From NCBI RefSeq assembly GCF_025685625.1, contig NZ_JAGSYI010000001.1, positions 2,211,147 to 2,275,146 on the forward strand: a DNA stretch of 64,000 nt, in the 5' to 3' direction. Below, in pieces: positions 9,813-18,944 of the stretch; within the stretch, counting starts at the first letter, position 1, and each line of letters starts with the position of its first letter. The notes beneath the pieces are model-generated. The model was not told where the DNA came from. It searched no databases and worked only from the letters and a program-made list of their open reading frames with translations. The stretch is from Acidicapsa acidisoli (GTDB taxonomy: Bacteria; Acidobacteriota; Terriglobia; Terriglobales; Acidobacteriaceae). The position numbers and the translations under genes were made by a program.

Positions 9813-10604
9813 CTACTCGGGATGCTGCTCGACGGAGAATTTCAGGATTCCGTTGTTTCCGGTCGCCGCGAGCCCTTGCAGGTTGGTTGCGACTCCCGGG
9901 AGGGTTAACGGAGTGAGTGTCACTGTTCCGTCCAGCGCCGATGTCAGCTCGGTGGTCTGGCTCGCCAAAAGCTGGGCCTGGGCGCAGCGTCCACGGGGCG
10001 GACAAGGCGGAGACCAGGCGTAGAGCGCCTGACTCAAGCTCACGGTGCCACCCGCCATCGGGTTGCCATCCACGTCGAGGACGCGCAGAGTCACCGGGGA
10101 CGGGGTCGCTGTATCCGGAATGCTCTGACTGGTTCCGGAAACTGCGGTAAGGGTTGCCAGTTCAGGGCGCGAGCCAAAGGTGCTGAAGTCGGCACAGGTG
10201 GTGGTTCCGCTCAGGCAGGCAGTTGAAGAGGCGGTTTGACCTTCGCCGAGCGGTCCGACCGTCAGGGTTGTGCTCGCCGTTCCGGCTGAGGTGGTTGTGA
10301 CAGGGCCGGTTGGGGCTGAAATTCCCGCGGTGCTTTGCCATGCCACCTGCTGGCCCGGCAAGGGTTCGCTGCCGCTCAGCACCAGCACTTGTACCGGCCA
10401 TTGAATAGTTGCGCCTGCTGCCAGATAAAGGGTTGGGTCAATGCGGACAGCGATGGTGGAGTTCCACCATAAAAGTGCGTCTGGATGCCGGCGCCGTTGG
10501 TCAGGGCCGCGGTAACGACCGCCATTGAAGTTGAGGTCGCGGTCACGGAGAGCGTCGCGCGGCCATCGCCGCTTGTCGTGACAGAACAGATGGATGTGCC
10601 GCAT
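9813..10604 (-). pseudogene. out-of-frame C-terminal continuation of the Ig-like secreted protein (frameshift near 10471-10474)
   Basis: ORF in a different frame overlaps the previous ORF by 229 bp. Its translation (IDPTLYLAAGATIQWPVQVLVLSG..., TLRVLDVDGNPMAGGTVSL) continues the same Ig-like repeat theme. Both frames look protein-like on either side of an A4/T4 run at 10471-10474. Confidence 0.5.
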
Positions 10605-12907
10605 CCCAAAGCCGCAACTCCACTGGTGACGGAATACAGCACCGTCACTCCGCCTGCTGGATTGCCGTCGGCGTCCGTCGCGATTACGGAAAATGGCTGC
10701 GGAACATTGATCGGAACCTGATTAGACGGAGCCGTTAACAGCGTTAATGCGTCCCCGGTTGCCGAGTCGTAGCTCACGCCACCTGGGATGATCGCTGTGG
10801 CATTGAAGGAAGGCAGGTCGTTCACGGTGACATTCTGGGAGCCGGTTACGCCCGGACCGGCAGCCGGAACCACTGCGGTGATTTCGGTCGGCAGGACGCT
10901 GATCACCTGGGCGGCTGTGCTGCCAATCTGCACGGTGTCTCCCTGGCGGAAGCCGGTTCCGCGAATCACGATTGTTCCTCCGGAAGACGGCAAGTGGGTG
11001 GGGGAGACCGTGTCGGCGTAGAGAACCCAGCCCCGGTAGAGGTAATCCGGCCGGCCATCCCCGCGCTGATCCACAATCGCCAGCCTGACGATGTCGCTGG
11101 CGGTGGTTGATGCCTGCATCCATGTTTCTCCCGGTGCGACGCCGTCAGCGGCGGGAGCAGACCCGGCTGCGGCAGTGCCGATGGGGTCGAAGCCGTCCCA
11201 GACGCCGATGGCTGGCATGGCCTTGACCGCGCTGGGCGTGCCGGTTTCGTCGAGTGCCTGCGCAATGAAGGTGAAGGTGCGATTGGCCTGCACCGGAAGC
11301 AGAAACCAGTCGCCCTGGCCCACCTGACCGATGCGGCTGATCCAGATTCCGGTTGGGGGCAACAGCTCTGGGCTGGCCTCGGTGCCGATGGCTGCCGGGA
11401 GGGTGGGGGCAGTTGGCCCAATCGACCCGATCGACCCGATCAATTTGACCGGATTCACAGGGAGGCGATTCGCTGAGGCTGCCTCCGGTGCGTTGGCGAA
11501 CTCAGAATACGCCAAAGGCCGGGGTCTGGGCAACGCGGTGACCGTGGTTTGCGGGGCTAATTCCGCTGCCGAGTCGGCTATGTTCAGCGTCAAGGTCCGA
11601 GAGCTTCCGGCCACAAGCCCAGTCACCTCCAGGGTCGGCATGGTGCCCGAGGGAGTTGGCGAACCAAGCAAATATGGGCCGACCGAGACGGAGTCAATAT
11701 AGAGCGGACTGACCGCTTCGAAGGTTACCTGATAGTTGGCCGTTGTCATGCCGGGCGGCAAAGGCATCGCGCTCAGATCGAAAAAACCTTCGAGGGAGGG
11801 GTCGTTGCTGCCGAAGCGATCCAGCCGATTGCCGTTTGCGTCGGTCCAGCCGGTGACCGGGTTGCCGCGATTCCCGGAGAAATACGACCCTGAAACGAAG
11901 GTTACGGTGTACTGGTAGAGCGGATTGCCGTTGGCGTCGAGCGGCCGGGCGACGACATTGACTCCCTGCATGCCCTGTCCCGAGCGGAAATTGATTGTTC
12001 CCTCGATTGAGACAGTATTCGGGGCCGTCAGCATTTTTCCGGGAAAGCTGGCCAGATTGGCAGCCGTAACCGGGTAGAGGCGGTTGAGTGCGGCGATGTC
12101 GTCGAGGCGCAGCTCGCTGGGATTGGGAATGCAGTCGCCGCCGAAGGCGCTGCATTCGCCGTTGAGCGGCTCCATGACCGGCCAGCCGAGGATGCCGTTG
12201 GGTTCTGTCGAGCCAAGCGTCTGGGCATTGGGATTGACCTGCGAAAAATCGAGGCCGAGAATGCGCCCGAAGGCGCGCTCCAGTTGATAGCTCATCATAG
12301 CGAGCAGGTTTGCCGAGGTGGCGCAGCGGCCATTCAGCAGGATTACGCCATGAGCCAGGTTGGCGTTGACGCTCATGTTATCGATCCAGACAAGCAGGCT
12401 GTTCATGGAGCAGTTATCGGGTTCGCTGGCTCCCGCGCCTTCGAGCGCGTCCATGACGGAGCCGTCGGAGTCGAAGATCACGGCGACGGGTGTCGAAGTC
12501 GCGGTGGGAGCTACGTCGGCCGGGGCGTAGAGAAAGCCATTGCCTGCGAAGACATTGCTGCCGTTCACGTCTTCGGCGAGGCTGCCGGAGTCGGTGAGGT
12601 TGACTGCTGCTGTCGGCACGGCGCTCCAGATCGCGGCTGCGGCATCGACCATGGCGACGGCCTGCGCGTTCGAGACTGGTCCGAGCGGACCCTGATCGAC
12701 GAAATACTTTACCTGTCCGCCGGGCCAGATCACCGGCTGGCCCATCACAGCGGGATTGAAGTAGCTCACTCCGGCGACGTACTTCGGGCCGCCGGCCAAG
12801 GCCGCAGATGGCGCGAAAAAGAACGCGACAGACGCTCCGATGAGCAGGCAACTGAACAGCCAAGGGGAGGGAAAAAGTCGCGGGAACATTCGAGCAAAGG
12901 CCTCCAC
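10376..12907 (-). CDS. large secreted protein with tandem Ig-like (Big-type) domains, N-terminal part of a frameshifted gene
   Basis: 843 aa with signal peptide (MFPRLFPSPWLFSCLLIGASVAFFFAPSAALA). Repeated Thr/Ser/Val-rich beta-domain repeats (e.g. VIATDADGNPAGGVTVLYSV). No catalytic motif recognised in the N-terminal ~250 aa. Confidence 0.7.
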   Translation of the reverse strand: MEAFARMFPRLFPSPWLFSCLLIGASVAFFFAPSAALAGGPKYVAGVSYFNPAVMGQPVIWPGGQVKYFVDQGPLGPVSNAQAVAMVDAAAAIWSAVPTAAVNLTDSGSLAEDVNGSNVFAGNGFLYAPADVAPTATSTPVAVIFDSDGSVMDALEGAGASEPDNCSMNSLLVWIDNMSVNANLAHGVILLNGRCATSANLLAMMSYQLERAFGRILGLDFSQVNPNAQTLGSTEPNGILGWPVMEPLNGECSAFGGDCIPNPSELRLDDIAALNRLYPVTAANLASFPGKMLTAPNTVSIEGTINFRSGQGMQGVNVVARPLDANGNPLYQYTVTFVSGSYFSGNRGNPVTGWTDANGNRLDRFGSNDPSLEGFFDLSAMPLPPGMTTANYQVTFEAVSPLYIDSVSVGPYLLGSPTPSGTMPTLEVTGLVAGSSRTLTLNIADSAAELAPQTTVTALPRPRPLAYSEFANAPEAASANRLPVNPVKLIGSIGSIGPTAPTLPAAIGTEASPELLPPTGIWISRIGQVGQGDWFLLPVQANRTFTFIAQALDETGTPSAVKAMPAIGVWDGFDPIGTAAAGSAPAADGVAPGETWMQASTTASDIVRLAIVDQRGDGRPDYLYRGWVLYADTVSPTHLPSSGGTIVIRGTGFRQGDTVQIGSTAAQVISVLPTEITAVVPAAGPGVTGSQNVTVNDLPSFNATAIIPGGVSYDSATGDALTLLTAPSNQVPINVPQPFSVIATDADGNPAGGVTVLYSVTSGVAALGCGTSICSVTTSGDGRATLSVTATSTSMAVVTAALTNGAGIQTHFYGGTPPSLSALTQPFIWQQAQLFNGRYKCWC

Positions 12908-13193
12908 CGAAGAAGACAGTGGAACTTCAACGGAACTTCAACGGCCAATGCTGGATGAACACGAGAACATCCGAAAAGGGCGAGCTACTGTGAGGGTTTT
13001 CTAACAGGAACGGATGCCGTTGGCGGACCACGTTCACTCCGCCCCTGACATCCCTCCCGCGCACTTGATACGAAGGTACCGGTCGATACCATCGTCCAAT
13101 TGTTTTACTCCCTTGCCTCCGGCTTAATTGCAAGTGTTCCAGACGCACGTCACATCGGGTTTGGAAGGCTCTCTTTGCGGAGGAGAACACACG

Positions 13194-14249
13194 ATGCCTG
13201 AACTTCTCAGGGAATCTACAGGCCTGCCGTGGATTGGCAGGTGGCGCGGAAATGATTGCCGTGTGGCGCTAGAACAGAATCTGAGGCTTGGAGTAATCAT
13301 TGCAATGCTGGGCGCTTTGCTTACAGGTTGCACAGCGGACAAACATCCTTCCCAGGAGGAAAGCAACCTGGCCAATGCAGCTAAAGACGTTGCCATTCCA
13401 TTGGAGGCAGGAAAGAAAAATAACCCCCTGCCTGAGACGGGCGAGGTCGTGAGCCAGGGGCAGGAAGTGTTTCTCGGGTCGTGCGCCCAATGTCACGCTC
13501 CCGACGGGCGCGGAGATACGAGTCTCGGGCACAGCATGGCCCCGCCTGCCATGGATCTCACCTCGGCCCACGTGCAGCACTGGAGCGACGCGGAACTGTT
13601 TTGGATCATACAGAACGGAGTTCGCCTCACAGGCATGCCTGCCTGGCGGTCGAGCATTTCCGAGAACGACACCTGGAAGCTTGCACGCTTCATCCACAGC
13701 CTTCCCCGGCTCGACTCCGCCTCCGCTTCCACAGCAGTCCCGTCACAGGCACAAGCCGCCATTCCTGCGCAGGACAAGTACGCCCTCAAAGTACTGAATG
13801 GCGTCGCGTTCTCCGAGTTCAAGGGATACGAAAGCTGGCCGGTGATCGCCATCAGTCATAACGGCAATACACTCGCCGCGATCCTCGGCAATCCGGCGAT
13901 GATCAACGCCTACAAGGCGGGTATTCCCGGTAACGGCAAGCCCTTTCCCGATGGCGCCAAGATGGTGAAGGTCCATTGGATCGCGAAAGTGAATGTCGAG
14001 GAACCCGGTGCGCCGACAGTGCCAGGCACCCAGCATGACGTTGATCTCATGCTGAAGGACAGCAAGCGGTTCGCGGACAGCGGCGGATGGGGTTACGGCG
14101 CATTCGAGTATGACGCGGCGTCCAATGCGTTCAGGGCCGCCAACTTGAAAGACAAGCCGCCGCAGGGGAACGATGCCAAGTGCGGATTCGCGTGCCACAC
14201 GGCAGTGAAATCAAAAGATTACGTTTTTACGGGCTACGGGCAGAGGTGA
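13194..14249 (+). CDS. fusion of a monohaem class-I c-type cytochrome domain with a cytochrome P460-family domain
   Basis: ATG 13194 has the RBS aggaga 7 nt upstream. A hydrophobic segment with lipobox-like LLTGC follows. N-terminal domain carries CAQCH. C-terminal domain has WPVIAISH, FPDGAKMVKVHW, GGWGYGAF and a second haem site KCGFACH, then DYVFTGY at the end. This pattern matches cytochrome P460/c'-beta family proteins. Confidence 0.55.
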   Translation: MPELLRESTGLPWIGRWRGNDCRVALEQNLRLGVIIAMLGALLTGCTADKHPSQEESNLANAAKDVAIPLEAGKKNNPLPETGEVVSQGQEVFLGSCAQCHAPDGRGDTSLGHSMAPPAMDLTSAHVQHWSDAELFWIIQNGVRLTGMPAWRSSISENDTWKLARFIHSLPRLDSASASTAVPSQAQAAIPAQDKYALKVLNGVAFSEFKGYESWPVIAISHNGNTLAAILGNPAMINAYKAGIPGNGKPFPDGAKMVKVHWIAKVNVEEPGAPTVPGTQHDVDLMLKDSKRFADSGGWGYGAFEYDAASNAFRAANLKDKPPQGNDAKCGFACHTAVKSKDYVFTGYGQR

Positions 14250-14261
14250 GCTCTCTTGAAG

Positions 14262-14641
14262 ACGCCGTTTTCGGTAATTCGCAGATTTTGTTGACGAATT
14301 TAAGTTGCCTCCTTGAAGCGACCTAAAATGAGACTTTACGAGATGTTCGTTTCTGATCGGCCACACTACAATAGTCTTCGGTGATAGGCGAGCTAAAAAT
14401 CCGGGAGCGACGACGCGTAGTCCGTCGAATCTGGTTTGTAAGGAGTTTTATAGCTCTCATGCTTGCATGTTTGGTCTTCGGTTGGATGAACGGTGGGCCG
14501 GTATTTCCGCGTGCCATAGGAACTTTCTTCAACCTGTTATGGACTGCTGGCTCGATAGCGTACCTTCGACAGCTACAACGGCGACTGAGGTAAGCTCGCC
14601 AATCAACCGCCCGCAAAACGACGTTTTCGGTAATTCGCAGA
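14262..14641. repeat. 24-bp direct repeats (23/24 identical) bracketing a 356-bp low-GC segment that contains the 14381..14593 mini-ORF
   Basis: acgccgttttcggtaattcgcaga at 14262-14285 and acgacgttttcggtaattcgcaga at 14618-14641. The first copy starts 13 bp after the stop of the cytochrome gene. The second starts 25 bp after the mini-ORF stop. Confidence 0.6.
14381..14593 (+). CDS. hypothetical small membrane protein (GTG start), lies between two 24-bp direct repeats
   Basis: 70 aa with a basic N-terminus (KIRERRRVVRRIW), one or two hydrophobic helices and a basic C-terminus. Local GC (~50%) is lower than the surroundings. Coding status uncertain. Confidence 0.3.
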   Translation: MIGELKIRERRRVVRRIWFVRSFIALMLACLVFGWMNGGPVFPRAIGTFFNLLWTAGSIAYLRQLQRRLR

Positions 14642-14678
14642 GGGCCGTCGAGGACTTCGCCGACGGCTCTGGGCCTGC

Positions 14679-14888
14679 TTAAATCTCCGGATAGAAGTCG
14701 AAGAAGGCGTCGATGCTCATGCGCAGCTGGCCCTCGATTTCTTCTCGGGAGCCTTCGAGTACGTGCATCGTGACATGCGCTTCTTGGCCATTGGCTAGTT
14801 TGAGGGTTGCGTCCTGCACCTGAGCGACTTCGCCCTCGGGCAGGAGGCGGAGACCGTAGATCAGAGTCAGATTCGCCATAAGCTTCAT
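14679..14888 (-). CDS. hypothetical small protein
   Basis: 69-aa ORF. No recognisable motif. Sits between the repeat-flanked mini-ORF region and trxB. Confidence 0.3.
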   Translation of the reverse strand: MKLMANLTLIYGLRLLPEGEVAQVQDATLKLANGQEAHVTMHVLEGSREEIEGQLRMSIDAFFDFYPEI

Positions 14889-14994
14889 CTTATCTCCAGA
14901 AGAGAAGCGATGCGGTGCGGCTGGAAGTCGGGGATTGTTCCGGGTACTCCACTACAATTACCAAGTCCACATAAATCGCTGGGGAAAGATCACA

Positions 14995-15927
14995 ATGCAG
15001 GAAATTCGCGATACCGTCATTCTGGGTTCCGGCTGCGCAGGCCTCACTGCCGCTATTTACACCGCACGTGCCAACCTCAAGCCGCTGGTGCTGGAAGGTC
15101 ACGAACCGGGCGGCCAGCTTTCCATTACCACCCTGGTCGAGAATTTTCCGGGATGGCCAGATGGCATTCAAGGGCCGGAACTGATTGAAAACATGAAGAA
15201 ACAGGCGGCGCGATTTGGCGCTGAGTTCAAGACGAGCCACCTGGTTTCGGTTGATTTGAACGTGCACCCGTTCCGGCTGAAGACGTCGAACGGAGAGTAC
15301 GGCGCTCGTACCCTGATCATTGCCTCCGGCGCCAGCGCGCGCTGGCTGGGGCTGCCGAGTGAGCAGGCCTTGATCGGCCACGGCGTCTCAAGCTGCGCCA
15401 CCTGCGACGGATTCTTCTTCAACGGCCAGGAGATTGCTGTCGTCGGCGGCGGCGATACCGCGATGGAAGAGTCGCTGTTTCTGACCCGGTTCGCGACCAA
15501 GGTTTACCTGCTGCACCGCCGCGAAAGCTTCCGCGCTTCGAAGGTGATGATGGAGCGGGTCATTGCTCATCCCAAGATCCAGATCCTGACCGACACGGTC
15601 GTCGACGAAGTGCTCGGCGTCGAGGAGAAGTCGGTCTGCGGGCTGCACATCCGCAATGTCAAGACCGGCGAAAAGTCAGTCCTGCCGGTGACAGGGTTCT
15701 TTCTCGGCATCGGTCATGAGCCCAATGCCAAGATGTTCCACGGCCAGATTGACCTGGACGACGAGGGATACATCCGCACGAAAGACAACGTGCTGACCAA
15801 AGTCGCAGGAGTCTTCGCTTGCGGCGACGTGCAGGACCGGCGCTATCGCCAGGCCATCACTGCAGCCGGGACGGGCTGCATGGCTGCGCTCGAAGCGGAG
15901 AAGTTCCTAGAAGAGCACGGACACTGA
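14995..15927 (+). CDS. trxB: thioredoxin-disulfide reductase
   Basis: FAD motif VILGSGCAGLTAA, redox-active CATC, NADPH motif VVGGGDTAMEE and C-terminal GVFACGDV. ATG at 14995. Confidence 0.95.
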   Translation: MQEIRDTVILGSGCAGLTAAIYTARANLKPLVLEGHEPGGQLSITTLVENFPGWPDGIQGPELIENMKKQAARFGAEFKTSHLVSVDLNVHPFRLKTSNGEYGARTLIIASGASARWLGLPSEQALIGHGVSSCATCDGFFFNGQEIAVVGGGDTAMEESLFLTRFATKVYLLHRRESFRASKVMMERVIAHPKIQILTDTVVDEVLGVEEKSVCGLHIRNVKTGEKSVLPVTGFFLGIGHEPNAKMFHGQIDLDDEGYIRTKDNVLTKVAGVFACGDVQDRRYRQAITAAGTGCMAALEAEKFLEEHGH

Positions 15928-15962
15928 GGGCTGGCGTCGGCCACTCCTCAGTAGAACGTTGC

Positions 15963-16358
15963 TTACCATGGCTTGAAGACGAAGAACGCCGCGGCGACCA
16001 GGCAAAGCCCCGCCGCGGCGTGGTTCCATCGGAGCTGGGTTCCGAAGTAGAGCATGGTGAAGACGGCGAAGACGCAGAGGGTGATGATCTCCTGCATTAC
16101 CTTGAGTTGCACCGGGCTGAAGCGTTCCGATCCGATCCGATTGGCCGGGACTTGCAGGCAATATTCAAAGAAGGCGATGCCCCAGCTTACGAGGATCACT
16201 TTCCAAAGTGCATCCTGGCGGTATTTCAGGTGTCCGTACCAGGCGATTGTCATGCAGATATTCGAGAGAATGAGCAATATTACTGTCCACATATCAGCTA
16301 GGATGACGGACGGTGGCCATGGGTTGTTGCATCGGGAGCGGGGGACATGAGCGAGCAA
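15963..16358 (-). CDS. DMT-superfamily small membrane protein (DUF486-like)
   Basis: Four predicted TM helices. The likely real start is MWTVILLILSN (ATG near 16292), which avoids overlap with divergent yggS. Sequence resembles DUF486/DMT family membrane proteins. Confidence 0.65.
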   Translation of the reverse strand: MLAHVPRSRCNNPWPPSVILADMWTVILLILSNICMTIAWYGHLKYRQDALWKVILVSWGIAFFEYCLQVPANRIGSERFSPVQLKVMQEIITLCVFAVFTMLYFGTQLRWNHAAAGLCLVAAAFFVFKPW

Positions 16359-17099
16359 ACAGAACGGCAGACGGTGATCCGGGAAGATCTTGCGCGCAAT
16401 CTCGAACGGCTCGAAGACCTGATTGCAAGCTCGTGCCGTGCGGCCAATCGCGCTCGTTCCGAGGTGGAACTAGTGGCTGTCTCCAAGAATCATCCTGCGG
16501 AAGCGCTCGTTGCAGCCGTTGAGCTCCGCTTGCGCGTCTTTGGCGAAAACCGTGTACAGGAGTTTGCGGCCAAGTCTGTCGAGTTAGCCGCGGCCGGTGT
16601 TCGCGGCCGGATGCGGGCGCATCTGATCGGGCATTTGCAATCGAATAAGGCAGCGAAGGCTGTTGAGGTCTTCGACGCCGTCGATTCGGTGGATTCGCTG
16701 CGACTTGCGGAACGGCTCGATGAAGCCGCTGGGCGAATCGGCAAGCGGCTGCCGGTGCTGCTGGAGATCAAGCTCAGTCATGAGGAATCGAAGGCTGGTC
16801 TTGCCCCAGATTCGACCGAGCTGGCGGAACTGTTGGAAAAGCTGCCGTCGCTGCACAATCTGGAGGCGCAAGGTTTGATGACCATCGCTCCGCTGGATGT
16901 GCCGGAAGACGAGACTCGCGGCTGTTTCCGTGCGCTGAAGCTGCTGCGGGACCGTTTCGCGGTGGAGCATCCACGGCTCAATCTGCCGGTGCTGTCGATG
17001 GGCATGAGCGGAGATTTTTCGCTGGCCATCGCCGAGGGCGCGACCCGCATCCGCGTTGGAACGGCGCTTTTCGGGATGCGGCCCGGCTATCCGAAATGA
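16347..17099 (+). CDS. yggS: YggS-family pyridoxal-phosphate homeostasis protein
   Basis: Alanine-racemase-N-like fold. ELVAVSKNHPAEAL (PLP lysine), IGHLQSNKAKKA-like block and C-terminal SMGMSGDFSLAIAEGATRIRVGTALFG. Confidence 0.9.
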   Translation: MSEQTERQTVIREDLARNLERLEDLIASSCRAANRARSEVELVAVSKNHPAEALVAAVELRLRVFGENRVQEFAAKSVELAAAGVRGRMRAHLIGHLQSNKAAKAVEVFDAVDSVDSLRLAERLDEAAGRIGKRLPVLLEIKLSHEESKAGLAPDSTELAELLEKLPSLHNLEAQGLMTIAPLDVPEDETRGCFRALKLLRDRFAVEHPRLNLPVLSMGMSGDFSLAIAEGATRIRVGTALFGMRPGYPK

Positions 17100-17419
17100 G
17101 CGATGATACGGCGACGAGCTTTCTGCGAGATCATCCGGATGGCTGCTCGCTTGCGATTCGCGTTCAGCCGGGAGCGAAACGCACGGCAATTGCTGGCATC
17201 CACGGCGAAGGCGCCGATTCGCGGCTGAAAATCGCGCTCCAGGCGCCACCCATTGAGGGACGAGCGAATGAGGCGCTTGTCGATTTTCTGGCGGAAATAT
17301 TCAGCGTTGCGCGCTCCGCTGTGATCGTTGCGTATGGCCAGACGGGCAGATCGAAGCTGGTGGTTCTAAGGGGCATTGCGCTTAATGTCGCCCGGAGCCG
17401 GATTCAGTCCCTGCTCTGA
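17096..17419 (+). CDS. yggU: DUF167/YggU-family protein
   Basis: 107 aa. LAIRVQPGAKRTAIAGIHGEG...LKIALQAPPIEGRANEALVDFLAE matches E. coli YggU (LRLYIQPKASRD...VAITAPPVDGQAN). ATGA overlap with yggS. Confidence 0.8.
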   Translation: MSDDTATSFLRDHPDGCSLAIRVQPGAKRTAIAGIHGEGADSRLKIALQAPPIEGRANEALVDFLAEIFSVARSAVIVAYGQTGRSKLVVLRGIALNVARSRIQSLL

Positions 17420-17494
17420 CCGGCTCCGAGGCTTTTTCCGAGCCCCATCCGTTACACTCGCTTTAATTCGAGTCTGCGAAGGAAACGCCTGCCC

Positions 17495-18925
17495 ATGTCG
17501 TCGCTTTACGTCATTCTGCTTGTTGTCATAGCTGCCGCGCTCATGGGCGTTTCGCTGTTTCGTGCCTCGCTGGTCAAGACCAAGGCGGATTATCTGGTTG
17601 CCGGGCGGTCGCTGCCGGCTACGGTGCTGGTGCTCACGCTGCTCACGTCGTGGATCGGTGCGGGGTCGCTCTTTGCCGGTGCGGAAAATGCGTACCGGAA
17701 CGGATTTGCCGCGCTCTGGCAGGCTGGCGGCGGCTGGCTGGGCCTGTTGCTCATCTACTTCATCGCGCCGCGCGCACGAAAGTTCGCGCAATTCACCTTG
17801 CCGGATCTGCTGGAGGCACGCTACAACCAGACGGCGCGGGTTCTGGGCACGATCGCCATTCTCTTTGCCTACGTAGGCATCACCAGCTACCAGTTCAAAG
17901 GCGGCGGCAACGTACTGCACCTGATCTTTCCCGAGACCGTCTCGCCCGAGCTGGGCACCTACATCATCGCCGTCTTCGTCATCGTGTCGACGGCCCTGGC
18001 CGGCATGTCGTCGGTGGCGTATATGGATGTGGCTATCGGTTCGCTGGTCACAGTGATCTGCATCATCTCCGCACCAATGCTGTTTGTGAAGGCCGGTGGA
18101 TGGACCGGTCTTCATGCGACGCTGCCGGAGACACATTTTCAGATACTCGGAAATCTGACCTTCTTGCGGGCGATGGAATTTCTTGTTCCGACGATGCTGC
18201 TGATGCTGGGCAATCAGGTAATGTATCAGAAGTTCTTCTCGGCGAAATCCGAGAAGGACGCGCGGATTTCGGTCATAGGCTGGATTCTCGGCACTGTTCT
18301 GCTGGAGACTTTGATCGTGGCTATCGCGGTCTTCGGTTCGGCGCTTTACCAGACTGGCGAGGTAGCAAAGCAGCCCTACGAAATCATCCCCTACACGGCG
18401 CGTCACGGGCTGCCTGCATTCATGGGCGCGTTGCTGCTCTCGGCGGTGTTTGCCAAGGTGATCTCCACTGCTTCGAATTACCTGTTTTCTCCGGCCACAA
18501 ATCTGGTCAACGACGTCTTTGTGCGCTATATCGCGCCGGACGCGTCTCACAAGCGGGTGCTGATCATCTCACGGTTGGCGGTCGTGGTTCTTGGCTGCTG
18601 GGCGCTCTATCAGGCCATCTACGCTCAGAGCATTCTGCAGAAAATGCTGTACGCGTACACGATTTATTCGGCAGCACTGACGCCGGTGGTTCTCGCGGCG
18701 TTTTATTCAAAGCGCGTGACCGCCTGGAGCGCGGTCGCAGCCATCGGCACCGGAACCGTGGTCACACTGGCATGGGATGTTCCCGGCGTCAAAGATGTCT
18801 TCCCGCAGGTGATTGCGCAGCGCGATGCGATCTTTCCGGCGCTGATTGCCGCCGTCGCCGCGCTGATTGTCGTCAGCCTCTTTACCGCCCCGCCAAGCGC
18901 GGAGCAACTGGCAAAATTCTCCTAG
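17495..18925 (+). CDS. sodium:solute symporter (SSS) family transporter
   Basis: 476 aa with ~13 TM helices. SSS signature region DYLVAGRSLPATVLVLTLLTSWIGAGSLFAGAENAY. Confidence 0.9.
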   Translation: MSSLYVILLVVIAAALMGVSLFRASLVKTKADYLVAGRSLPATVLVLTLLTSWIGAGSLFAGAENAYRNGFAALWQAGGGWLGLLLIYFIAPRARKFAQFTLPDLLEARYNQTARVLGTIAILFAYVGITSYQFKGGGNVLHLIFPETVSPELGTYIIAVFVIVSTALAGMSSVAYMDVAIGSLVTVICIISAPMLFVKAGGWTGLHATLPETHFQILGNLTFLRAMEFLVPTMLLMLGNQVMYQKFFSAKSEKDARISVIGWILGTVLLETLIVAIAVFGSALYQTGEVAKQPYEIIPYTARHGLPAFMGALLLSAVFAKVISTASNYLFSPATNLVNDVFVRYIAPDASHKRVLIISRLAVVVLGCWALYQAIYAQSILQKMLYAYTIYSAALTPVVLAAFYSKRVTAWSAVAAIGTGTVVTLAWDVPGVKDVFPQVIAQRDAIFPALIAAVAALIVVSLFTAPPSAEQLAKFS

Positions 18926-18944
18926 CGCTGATATTCAAAAGACA

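Noticed and set aside
14323-14616. 97-aa Arg-rich ORF on the minus strand across the repeat-flanked cassette
   Set aside because: Highly basic low-complexity translation, antisense to the more plausible mini-ORF. Likely non-coding.
17420-17494. Possible terminator hairpin after yggU (ccggctccgaggctttttccgagcc)
   Set aside because: Could not define a convincing contiguous stem followed by a T-run. Left unannotated.
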